Shown here: piece by piece, positions 27,401 to 37,788 of the stretch
How positions within the stretch are numbered: position 1 is the first letter of the stretch
How the letters are laid out: each line of letters starts with the position of its first letter
DNA from: Tubulanus polymorphus
Lineage: Eukaryota > Animalia > Nemertea
Length of the DNA: 64,000 nucleotides
Assembly: GCF_964204645.1 (NCBI RefSeq)
Contig: NC_134035.1
Location: 10,944,451-11,008,450 of the forward strand
Direction of reading: 5' to 3'
Made by a program: the position numbers and the translations under genes
Notes under the pieces: generated by a model
What the model saw: the letters and a program-made list of their open reading frames with translations, nothing else
Told to the model about the DNA's origin: nothing
Database searches by the model: none

Positions 27401-30400
27401 CGCAGATCACCGGTAAACGTTGACGATCGCCACTTAAACAAAAGACGGCTAAGACGAGCAGTGACTGAGCAACAGTCTGGAAACGTCGAGGCAAAAGTAA
27501 GATGCATAGCTTTGTCATAACTAATCTCTCAGTTGGGGATCTTCAACTAGTATATTCAACTGCTTATTTTAAAGGTCACAGATGCGGAAAGAAAAGATTC
27601 CAACGTTGCAAAGATCAACTTTTATATGACTCAGGATGGTTCGACGGTTGCCGGGAACACAGCTGAAAAGGTTTTCAGCAAACTCTCAATTGCTGAGCTC
27701 AGTGCAAAGCTTGGTTACCCGGTAAGCTATGAATTCTATCTTATTACGATAATCGAACCATAAGATTCCCCAAAATCTGAATTAAGAATTCAGGAGATCG
27801 GCGCGAATCCACTGTATGTGTCAAACCGGTATAGAGGTCTTGCACTTGACGCCATGGTTGTTTACCAACCAGTACGGAAGACTTACCATAAGCATCAAGA
27901 TCAGCAGTTCTGAGTGAAGATTTGACTTCTTTAAAATGAACTCAGACCTTACAACTCATGACTGTGAAATCGGGTCCATAACAACACAACATAACGCAGG
28001 GGATTTACAAAATTAACATAAGGTTTTTTATGTAAATCATAAATTGTGTTTGCCATCAAGAATAGGGATCACTTTTGCATCTGCGGTCGTATTGAGGTAA
28101 AACTATTGACAATCGATCTATATCTCGTATAGGTATTGGAGCCAATTTTGGCAGAAAATGCACCACCGCCGGGAGTTGGAGGAGAGACGATCACGATGCC
28201 CACGTGGATGATAATCGCGATCGTAGCGCCGATCACGATCTTCACCATCGTCATCATCATAATTTTCATATGCGTGAAAAAACACAAGATGCAAAAAGAC
28301 CGACTCCGGAAATTACAGGAAAATCGACGATTAGAACAGGTAAGGGGCTGACAATAAGATACATCCAAGGTCGAGGGGGAGGGTGGGTATGTGAACTTTA
28401 GACTTTTGTGGACAAGGGGAGGAGGTTGTTTGGATATGGACAACTTACATCCTGTTAGCCAGAACAAATCATTCATGAAAGGTCTAATAACATCTGTTTG
28501 TATTCAGATCGTCAAGGGAAAGCGTCATTGGTACAGTGTACGTGATTCTGGAAGCGGCGAGAAATCGCTGTCTCCTCCAGTACCATCGCAAACTCCCACC
28601 CCAAATACTGCAAGAAGAAAGCGTCGAGTCGCGCCAGCCCCACCGCCAAATACTGCTCCTTATAGCCCGAGCATCGAGAGAGAAAGTCATAGTAAAACCG
28701 ACGATGCGGACGGTGCATCCGGCTCGAAGAAGCGAAAAGGAAAGTTTACATTGCGCAATATGTCATTGGCGACGTTTTTATTGCCATCTCACAGACGCTT
28801 GGCGTTAACTATGTCACCAGAATCTACCTCGACGCCGACTGTTTCCCCGGTCGATCGAACTCCGCTGATCGAAGAAAATATTCAGACGGACAACATACCG
28901 TCGTCGACAACAGTTCGATTTGACGAAGTCGATCGTAAAGTATCGACGTATACGATTGACTCGATGAGCTCGATGGCCATTGCGCCTCTACCGATTTCGC
29001 CGCCATCGGGACTATCAACAGTTGACGAGGTGCCTACTCCGACCCGTACAACCGCCGCCTCGGTTCATACAACCGACAGCGATGTACGAGAGAGAGTAGA
29101 GAGACCGGTTCCACCGGACTGTCTATCCGTCTTATCGCTAAACGGCTCTTCCCCGACGAAACCGGTGACGCACGATGTCGGCACAGAGTTCGAACCGAAA
29201 CTAGTCCCCGAGCAGGCAGTCAACACATCAGTGCAAACGTCACCATTTCCTTCACGACAGGTAACTGAATAGCCTAAATCTATGAGGAAAAAATTACTAT
29301 CAACCATTCCACATCATATCGAAATAGTGAATAAATAGACCGGTATCTGGAGAGATTTATGATAGATTTTGTAGATCATCCAGACAATATTTTTGAGTTT
29401 TTCTCCGCTTTCTAGCCATCGTTAGACAAGGAAAATATTGCAAGACTGTCAGATCAACGCCGCATGAGTAAATCTGGTAACAGGTAAGAAACATACAACT
29501 CAATTTGGCGGTCCGGCTACACAGTGTTCCCGGCGCCCGTTCGATTTTTTCAATGACGTCTCACTCCATTTTGGAGCCGGTTGTTTGGAAAACTATCGAC
29601 TGAAAATGTAAAAAACTGTTTAAAACTTACTGTTTCTGTAATCGTCATCTTTCCGAAATTGTATTACGACGTTTGGGCGTCTAGCCCGGCCCGCTTGTGC
29701 CTACGGATATGGACTGCGTATAACGGACAGGATGTCCTGTCCATTAATCCGTCTATCCGGACGGTGGCAGCACTAGACGGTCTTATGGGTATTGTTTTGG
29801 CAACAAGCGGGCACTTTCCGGGTTATTTCCAGTTACGAGCGAAATAAACTCTTTGTATGTTAATATATACTTCAGAATTAGTTTTCGAGTCGAGAGAAGT
29901 GAAAACTCTTACTGATATATGTTTTGAATCGCACGCATTTTTCCTGAATTCGATCGAAAAAGGTTGATTTTACGATGAATTCTGTAACAAATCCAACAAA
30001 CGGATTCGTCAGCGCTTTTTTATATAATTATGGCGCTTTATAGTTTGACGTAAAAAATTCTGTGAAATGCATATCTGCATGAAAAATCATAAAGCAAAAA
30101 GGTGTTGAGATTCAAATGAAATTGTACATCCAAAACAAAAGGTCAGACGGTGTGTACAACAGGGCTAGCCAGGGCCGGGCTCATATATTTCATTTGAAGT
30201 TTGTAGCAGGATGATCATCCAATATCCCAGGTACTTTCTGTTTTATAGTACCTGGGATATTTACTGGATGATCTTAGTAGATTCATCAAAAGCTTTACCA
30301 AAATCTTCCCGTGGATGAATGTTTTTTTGTTATGAAAAATTGTGAAAACGGCAAATGCTTGGATGTGAAAAAAATGTGAAAATTCCAAAGTTCACCAACC

Positions 30401-33171
30401 TGACCCAAATTGTTTATTTATAATTTTTGAATATAGCAATACCGCCGGGGCTGTGGCTGCTGACGATAATGATGCCGGGGAAGTGATTTTTAAACCTCGT
30501 ATTGCGAAACGTGTTTCATCCGCTGATAGATTATACACTGATGAATACATGGATGTGGAGGTAGGTTCCTCATGTCTGAAACACCAAGAGTTATAACCAT
30601 TGTTTTGCATTGTTACTATGGTGGTTGTCACCCAAATCGAGGATTTACCCCTAGGGATAACTCTGACACTCAGTCTATGAAACAGGGCCCTGGTCAATTA
30701 GAAGAAGCAAGGTATCATTATTTTTTTTCCTTAACTCTTAAATTTCATTTGTTTGTTTCAGGCTGGATACGAGTCGTCTCCGGCTGGAGTTTATGAAAAC
30801 GTTGCTAAGCTCAGTCGTCTCGACGAGCGATTAATGCCCGCTCTACCTTCGACCGTCCGTCCACCCGTTCGTCTACGATCTACCGTTCTTCCAGATATCG
30901 AAAGCATCGACGTCGAAGATGATTTCACGCCCGCGCCCGTACAGCCTCACTTCGCCGCCGAGCTTAAACAGAGGCCTAGAGTTCCCGTAAAGCTTATGGT
31001 AACGTATTGATTTACTAGTACTAGTACTGATCAGCCTTCAGCAGTTTGAACAAAGGAAATGTCTCCGAAGACTCAAAGGCAGATTCAGGTTCTTAATAGA
31101 TAGGATTTTTAATAGATAGGTTTTGCATCTAGCGAAGCCGGTGCAAAACAATTGTGAGGGAATAGGGTACAAGCGACCACAGAAAATTTTGATAATCTAA
31201 GTAATGTTTGGTGCATTGTGAGGGCTTAAGGCTTTGCTGATTTGCTGAATTGAAAATCGTTGGATCAAGTACACTGGAAAATCCAATGTAAAGCCACGGG
31301 TATTGCCAATACAGTCTCTAAAACTCTGAGAGTTGTAGCGATAGCATAAGACACCCTTTTCTCATTAAATCTTATTTTGTTCTCATGTTCAGGATCCATG
31401 GAGTGGTGCACAGGACTTCACGATTCAAGACCGCGTCGAAATGGAGAAAATTCGCAACAAAAATCGTCAGAGGGAAAGACAGCAGCTTTTACTGCAAGTA
31501 TGTAAAATGTTTGCATTTCCGCTTCTGAAAGTAAAAGCAAGACGGCCGTATCAAATTGAGAATCTCAACAGAAAAATGCTGTTCCATGTAGTTAATCATA
31601 TTCCAATGTCTGGCGAAACCAATGTCTGGAAACTGTCCAGTTCCTTATTTAATCTCAGTCCGTTTAGTGACTAAGCTGCAGTCCTGTTGCTGACTTGTAT
31701 GATTCATGTATTCCTTTCAATTTCTTTTTGTAGCTAAAAGAAGAAAGGGAAAAACAGAGTAATCCGTCATCCTCTAGCCACAGGTGTGTAAGAATAATCT
31801 GCTACGTTTACATCATTCCAAACACATAGACGTTTGTTGCCAAGAATTATAGGGTACAAAGTTAGTACCATAAAAATGTCCTTAAGTATCGGGGTGACCA
31901 GAATTGAATCAGTTCTTAATCCATTTTACACAGTATTGAAGGACTGCAAAAAATCATTTTTTTTCAAGAATAGAAAAAAATCCAGCCATTCTATGAAATG
32001 AATTTAACAATAAGCGATTATGTTCCTATGCTGTTTAAAAATAAATTTCATTTCATGGTCTATTATTTATAGCAGAAGGAAGAAGCATGGTCATCGACGT
32101 AGCTGGTCTCGATACGATGACAGTCAACAGTACGCTTACAGTGATGATATCGTAAGTATATGTTACGTTGATAATGATTGTAACTGACGCAAAGCATTTA
32201 CAATTTCTGAAAAGACCTTTATAGTTTTAATCATTTCAAATTACGCCATAAGGTCATAGAATATTTTATTGAGTATCCCAATAACTTTGAAAAGTTATTT
32301 TTCAACGTTTGTTGGATTGGTTTTTCTTTCGACAGAATATGGTTAAACTCGGACATAATATGAGGGCAAGGCCTCGACGAGCAAAATATGATCCTGAATC
32401 CACTCAGCAACGATCTCAGGTCAGTTCATACACCCCTGAACTAGTCATACTCCCTTCCTATTGGCACTCACAACCATTCTAGTGTGAAGTCTTGATTTTT
32501 TTTTAAAGTATGTTCAGATGAAATATCTAGTGTTAGTTCATTTTCAATTCAAAGTCCTGAACAATCACTTTTCAAAGGTGTTCTGATAAAAGGTTTAAAA
32601 TGATAAAATGTCTGGTGTTTGTAGTTCATTTTCAATGAATGGAATTTCTCAAGTGAAGCCCAGAACTCATGTGAAGTGTGGATATTGTGAGAATGATGAT
32701 GAATTATTGAATATCTGAGGGTTGCCAGGGTCCAGGTTGCGAATTGCAGATTTCTACACGCATTTTAATAGATAATAATCATCTGTTGTTTTTATTCAGG
32801 ATCTGTTCCGGCAATTGAATCAATCGCGTACCGTAGCGCCACCTATACCGGTGTCCTCCGTCGATGTCTACAGCGATCGCGCGCCGTCCGAGATTGCCAA
32901 ACGTTTATTAGACAATGCGTTTCCGTTGACGGCCGCTACGAAACAATCCGTCCCTCCGTCTCAGCAGCAGCAGCAGCGGCGGCATCACGATCCACAGCTG
33001 CCGATTACGATGCCGATAACGCGCAGCGTTTCGAATCCACGCGACGACAAACGCCAAAAACCGTCGGAAAGTATTGATCTCGATGATTCATTGTCCGATT
33101 TGAGGCAAGCGTATAGCGGTTTACTGACTCCGAAAATAAAGGACGAACTTTATGCGTCGAAGCCGAGATAG
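21483..33171 (+). CDS. KIAA1549/UPF0606 (DUF3827)-like mucin-type single-pass membrane protein, ~2575 aa, 14 exons
   Basis: Exons 21483-21555 (signal peptide MRVGCLIPATLGIVAVVSMFLFFT), 21730-27018, 27357-27496, 27575-27721, 28133-28339 (TM WMIIAIVAPITIFTIVIIIIFICV then KKHK), 28508-29260, 29416-29483, 30437-30560, 30762-30998, 31393-31497, 31734-31783, 32073-32151, 32336-32419 and 32800-33171. All are GT-AG and phase-compatible (7728 nt). The layout resembles KIAA1549-family proteins by eye: S/T-rich stalk, SEA-like juxtamembrane domain with polybasic sites ending ELSAKLGYPV, TM, and a Pro/Ser-rich tail with EMEKIRNKNRQR. Confidence 0.8.
21730..27018 (+). CDS. Giant (~5.3 kb) Ser/Thr-rich mucin-like exon of the KIAA1549-like gene
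   Basis: Stop-free ORF 21714-27083, with an acceptor ctacag| at 21729 and a donor tcag|gtaata at 27018. Ser/Thr content is very high from about 22600 onward. Confidence 0.85.
24220..24835 (+). repeat. Coding tandem repeat, about 4 x 50-53 aa (~150-159 nt), inside the mucin exon
   Basis: Recurring ...SSSI(F/Y)P(R)QDTSS.ST...SVVPTRTSSSVTSK..AETYIS...; gacacatc recurs at about 24293, 24452, 24612 and 24762. Confidence 0.8.
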
Positions 33172-34983
33172 TGAATGAAAATATTGTTTGTTCTCATCAA
33201 ATCAAACCTTCAAAACTGACAACCGCTGCTATCAAAGAGTAGTAGTTGCTACTCTGCTAAGACAAGAGCTTAATTACTTCCAAAATCATCAAAATACTTT
33301 CTAAATCAGAATAGTTTCTAGTTCATTATCAATCGGATTATTAATTTTCATGTCAAATCGCCCCCACTAGTGGTGAAAACTACTACAAAATGGAAATACC
33401 AGATGGCCTGAACCTTATTATCAACAATAACTATTTGAATAATGGCATAATTTACTTAGTATTATTAGACGTGAATGGAAAATACGAATTTGAATTTTCC
33501 TGATGCTAGGGAAAATCATTTGCAAATTTTTTGTATATCGCAAGTGCAGCATAAAACATCCAAATGTTGATTTAACAAATAGAATTTGATTCGTAAATTT
33601 AGTTGGATGAATTTGTAAATTTTCGATGCAGGGTCAGTTTGCGCGAAAGATTCTTTTGAAAATTTAGGACTGAAATGCAGTTCGACAGATGCGAGTTAAT
33701 GTTCTAATTCAAGGGTAAGTAATTGATTGAAAATCAACTAGATTCGACTCAAACTGTTAACGCGTACAACTGCAATTGATAAGAACAGTGAAAGTACTTC
33801 ATCGTTGGGACGCTATAACGAATGATATTTTCATTGAATTTGAGTTAGTTAGGGCAAATTTGTTGTATGAAAAATGTTGACGTTAATAGTGTTATAACGG
33901 ACCTTGACTGAGTGTTGTTTGTCACCGTGTCAGTCATTCATCCACAAACTAAAATAACTTTTAAGCAACTGGCCCCTGCAGATTGTTTTGTATTCAAAGT
34001 CAAATATTTAGCCTATAGTAGATTCTAAATTGTTATATAGTTTTATGTATTGATTTTATATTAATGTTTTAAAGGATTTTTGGTGGGAATTTTTAAGGGT
34101 CTGAAATAGGTAGTTTAACAGTCTAAATGATGACATATTGCGACGCAATAATTCGCAACACTATTTATATTAAATTGTGATATCTATATTCGATTGGAGA
34201 AACATATTTTTTTCCAAAAATGTTAGTTCGAATGATATGTGTATGAGAAAAATAAAGTTTGAATGTTTATCACAAATATCATTCCGTCTGAATGTTTTTC
34301 GTTCTCCTCTCAACCACAGCCTTTGGCCATCGGGTGTCCTAAAAAAGTTAAACGCTTTTTTTAGAAGAATTTTCTCGGCAGTAAACTGAATTCCGGGTAT
34401 CGTCAACAAGTCCGTAACGAGGAGATCGGTCGAAAATTATGCAGTATTTTCAAATTCGATATACAGAGCATGTCAAAAGATGAAAATATGATGGGTCAAG
34501 TTGCGCAGCTTAGATATTGCGCCTCTAACGTGCTGAACCGAATCTAGAAATAGGAGAGACCGGGCGATTCGGGTTTCCGCCGAGCTGTAAGCCAGTGCGA
34601 TTCGAACTAAACACGGCACGATAATCTTATTATAGCTAATGTAGAAAATTACATTTGGTTGAAAAATATTCCCAATAAAACACACCAGACTTTCGAATAC
34701 AGACTATTTTGTTTATCAGTTTATTGAATGAAGTCTATGACAGACGCTTTTATACATGCAGTTCATTAATCGAGGTTCGTTGCAGAAGACAATTTTCAAT
34801 CGTTTTTGGTACTGTTTTAATTTCATTCACTAGTAAATGATGGTTTACATTTCAAGAAGCGCCGCATTTCTATTTCGACGGGTCTTTGATCGAGTGGAAT
34901 GTTCTCGAGAGATGATGACGTTTTCGAATGGATGGTCTTCCGCTCGCTACGATTTATCACGTCCATAGAATATTCATATGAAA

Positions 34984-35826
34984 CTAACCAATATTAAGCC
35001 AACCAAAAAGCGACCCGAATTTGCCAGTAGTAATCATCTGCCGTGGTTTTTTCACCAGATTTAACCATGCACGCTTAAATGTAGCGCTGCGTGAACCTGA
35101 AATGGTATTTTCGTTACAGTTTGCAGCCAACCAAGGTAAAGTTCATCAAAATGTGATCGATTTGCATAGGCAGTTCGCTTTCGTTAGAATGCGAACATTT
35201 TTGAAAATGTGCTCGAGGGTTAAGACGTTACTTTGTGAACGGCAAATACGCTCGCAGTTCCAGGCTTCCAGTGGCGTTCATTGCCAGCTTTTGAAAGAAT
35301 GAATCATTTAGAAATTTTAAGAACTCTATTAAACTCCAATAATAATTCATAGGAATTTCTATAAAAAGTCGTTTTTCAAAAGTGGGCCTTTTTCGAATTG
35401 TGGGCAGTTCGTCGTAACCCCTTAACACCCCGCGCTGTGGGACTAAAATGCGATGTCGGGAGCCATACCTAATTTCCTGGTCAGTGGAAGTTGCTCTGGT
35501 ATACTGCTTTGTTCTATATAAAGTAATGAAAAATCCGTAAAAATACAACTTCATTTAGTTGAGGAAAAACAGTATCTAAAGTTCGAAATAATGTTTTCTG
35601 CTGGTGATTGCTTGTCATGCAGATGTTAAACTTAAATACACATAATTTGGCAAATTGACAAATCTCAATATATCGAGATTTCTAAAAACTTCCCTGGTTT
35701 GGCTGCACGATCCTTCATGTTGATCCTATGGTGTATGTGTAATGGAGCTCCATAACTTAGTACTATGATTTGCAACAGCAAAAATAGCAGTAGGACTAAT
35801 GCTTTTATCCGCGCGATATGCACCAT
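34984..35826 (-). CDS. Small secreted prepropeptide (96 aa): signal peptide, propeptide, KR, cationic 27-mer, Gly-stop
   Basis: Exons 35826-35694, 35513-35469 and 35096-34984 give MVHIARIKALVLLLFLLLQIIVLSYG APLHIHHRINMKDRAAKPEQSSIPEQLPLTRKLGSRSATF KR AWLNLVKKPRQMITTGKFGSLFGWLNI G*. The start context is AAAAAC-ATG-G, there is an upstream acceptor at 35903, and AATAAA lies on the minus strand at 34725-34720. The first donor is CAG|GGAAGT (non-canonical). Confidence 0.6.
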
Positions 35827-37170
35827 GTTTTTGCGAAGTATGTCTTGCGACGCACTTTCGGTTTGAACTTTCACTCCGGCTATTCTGCTTCGAATTACGA
35901 ACCTGAAGTATATATTCTTGTTGTTTTTGTGAGAATATTCTCAGAGTTAATCCGAATTCTAACGATCTCGTTATTCTAGGACAGCAGAAGGCCTGCCGAT
36001 TCGATTTGATGAATGAAATCTAATCATAACGTTTGATCGTAATTTTAATCATCTCGACAAGTTCATTATCAGCCGCGCGCAGCTGTGTGAAAATCAATTT
36101 GTTTGAAGTGTGGACTAGAAATGAAATGTGTTTGGACACGTTTGAATTACGAGTGGACGCAATATATCCGATGATACTGGACCCAAGAACGTGCCGTGTA
36201 CGTGTGTACACAAAAGTTTAAAATCAGTTTGTAAATATTTGCTTTGGACGCACCTAGTTAACCATTCGATTCCTGGAATTTTCGGAAGATGCTCGGTTAG
36301 GCTCAGTCAATCCTGACCAGTCCATCACTGACCTGGGACTGCAGTTGCTCAAGACTGGCAGATAAATACCATTGAAATAATGAACTTTTAATTATCACTG
36401 TGTCAACTGTTTACAATTCAATAGTGATTTGTAGTAGTAGTAAACACAGATGAATTTGACGCCTGTTGTTCCACTAAACATGCCTGTTCCACTTTTAAAA
36501 ATATTAATTATTTCAAAAAGTCTGGACTCCAGCGTCCAAGGTTTATTTAATTCTGTATTTATTATTTGAGGACTGTAACCTTTTAAATCGAACTCGGTTT
36601 CATGCTTTCATTTCAGCAGGTTAAGACCCCAGACGAACGATCGACTGACGCTCGAAGAGTATGACCGGAGCCGACTGACTGGAGCCGACCGCAACAGACT
36701 GAAAAGAACTAGGCGGCGCTAAATTCTAGAGTCGAGAATCAAATAATTTATTTATATGGCCTTAAAGTTCCACGATAGGTTCGCCTGGCTACTGGCGCGT
36801 ATTCAAGGTAAATCCATTCAACAATAGAGACACAATAGCGGTTTTTCAGAGTTGTTGATAGCATTCACATGCCCTATTGAATACGTCACCGGCTGACCAC
36901 GGTGTAGTACAAGCATAGGCCTTCATTCACCTCTGCACACTCACACTGTGAACATGCTACCGTGGATTCTCCTCCTGGCGATTTTCGCTGCGCTCCCGCT
37001 CCTGCTCCTGTTCCTGCTTCCTGAGGAACGACGTCTTTATGTTTTATGTGTTACTGTTTGTCTCTGTGCTGTCCTGTACTGTTCCGTGTTTATTAATCAG
37101 TTCTATTTTTCAGGGATTAACCCGTTTTATTTTTCAGGGCCGATTTCTCTGTCGAATTTCAACGTTTGCT

Positions 37171-37410
37171 GGAACAAAACTAATGTCCGAAAGCGTCAGC
37201 TCTCCTTCGCCGGTCACATGTCGAGGATGTCAGAAAAAGAGTCGGTCAGGAAATGGCTGCCCTCTACACGCCCTCATACGGAACACGAAAACCAGGATGA
37301 TGAGGCCTCACTCCCCATGTATCAACAGAGTGTGCTGGGTGACGTCAATGACGGACAAGTCAGTCTGATTGCACAGGTTAAAAATGGAGTGGTAAAGCTG
37401 GACTGTCTAC
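37171..37410 (+). mobile_element. Degenerate LINE (RTE/RTE-X-like) 3' ORF fragment, left arm
   Basis: Translates as VRKRQLSFAGHMSRMSEKESVRKW and, after a frameshift, ALYTPSYGTRKPG. This resembles the R.RQL.F.GH..R ... G.R.PGR motif at the C-terminus of RTE-clade ORFs. Confidence 0.6.
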
Positions 37411-37539
37411 TATTCATTGATTCCTTTTAAGGGATTGCTTCGGGCAGGGATTAATTTCCCTGTCTCCTTTGAGTGTTTATATTCATTGATTCCCTGTGGG
37501 TTGCTTCGGGCGGGATTAAGTCTTGTCTTCCTTTGAGTG

Positions 37540-37788
37540 CTAGTCCGGGCAATCCAGTTGCGCTGCCCTATTTTTGGCTTGGGCAATTTGATAGGTTTGT
37601 CAGTTACTGACGTCACCCGGCACACCCTGTCGGTAAATGGTGAAAGTAAGGCGTCGTCATCCTGGTTTTCGCGTTCTGTGTGAGGGCGTGTAGAGGGCAG
37701 TATATTCCTGGCTGGCTCATTGTCTGGTGTTCTGGGCATGTGACCGGGGACGGAGAGCTGAAAAGCTTTCGGACATTCGTTTTGTTCC
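37540..37788 (-). mobile_element. Second RTE-like 3' fragment in inverted orientation, right arm
   Basis: The reverse complement matches the left arm (ggaacaaaac.aatgtccgaaagc...cagctctcc.tc.ccggtcacatg...ctgccctctacacgccctca..c.gaac.cgaaaaccaggatga). It reads GHMPRTPDNEPAR...ALYTPSHRTRKPG. Confidence 0.6.

Noticed and set aside
22886-29307. Minus-strand ORFs overlapping the KIAA1549-like exons
   Set aside because: Antisense shadows of Ser/Thr/Pro-rich coding sequence.
36948-37430. 160-aa ORF with a hydrophobic N-terminus
   Set aside because: It is a chimera of low-complexity CT-rich sequence and a frameshifted LINE fragment, not a coherent protein.
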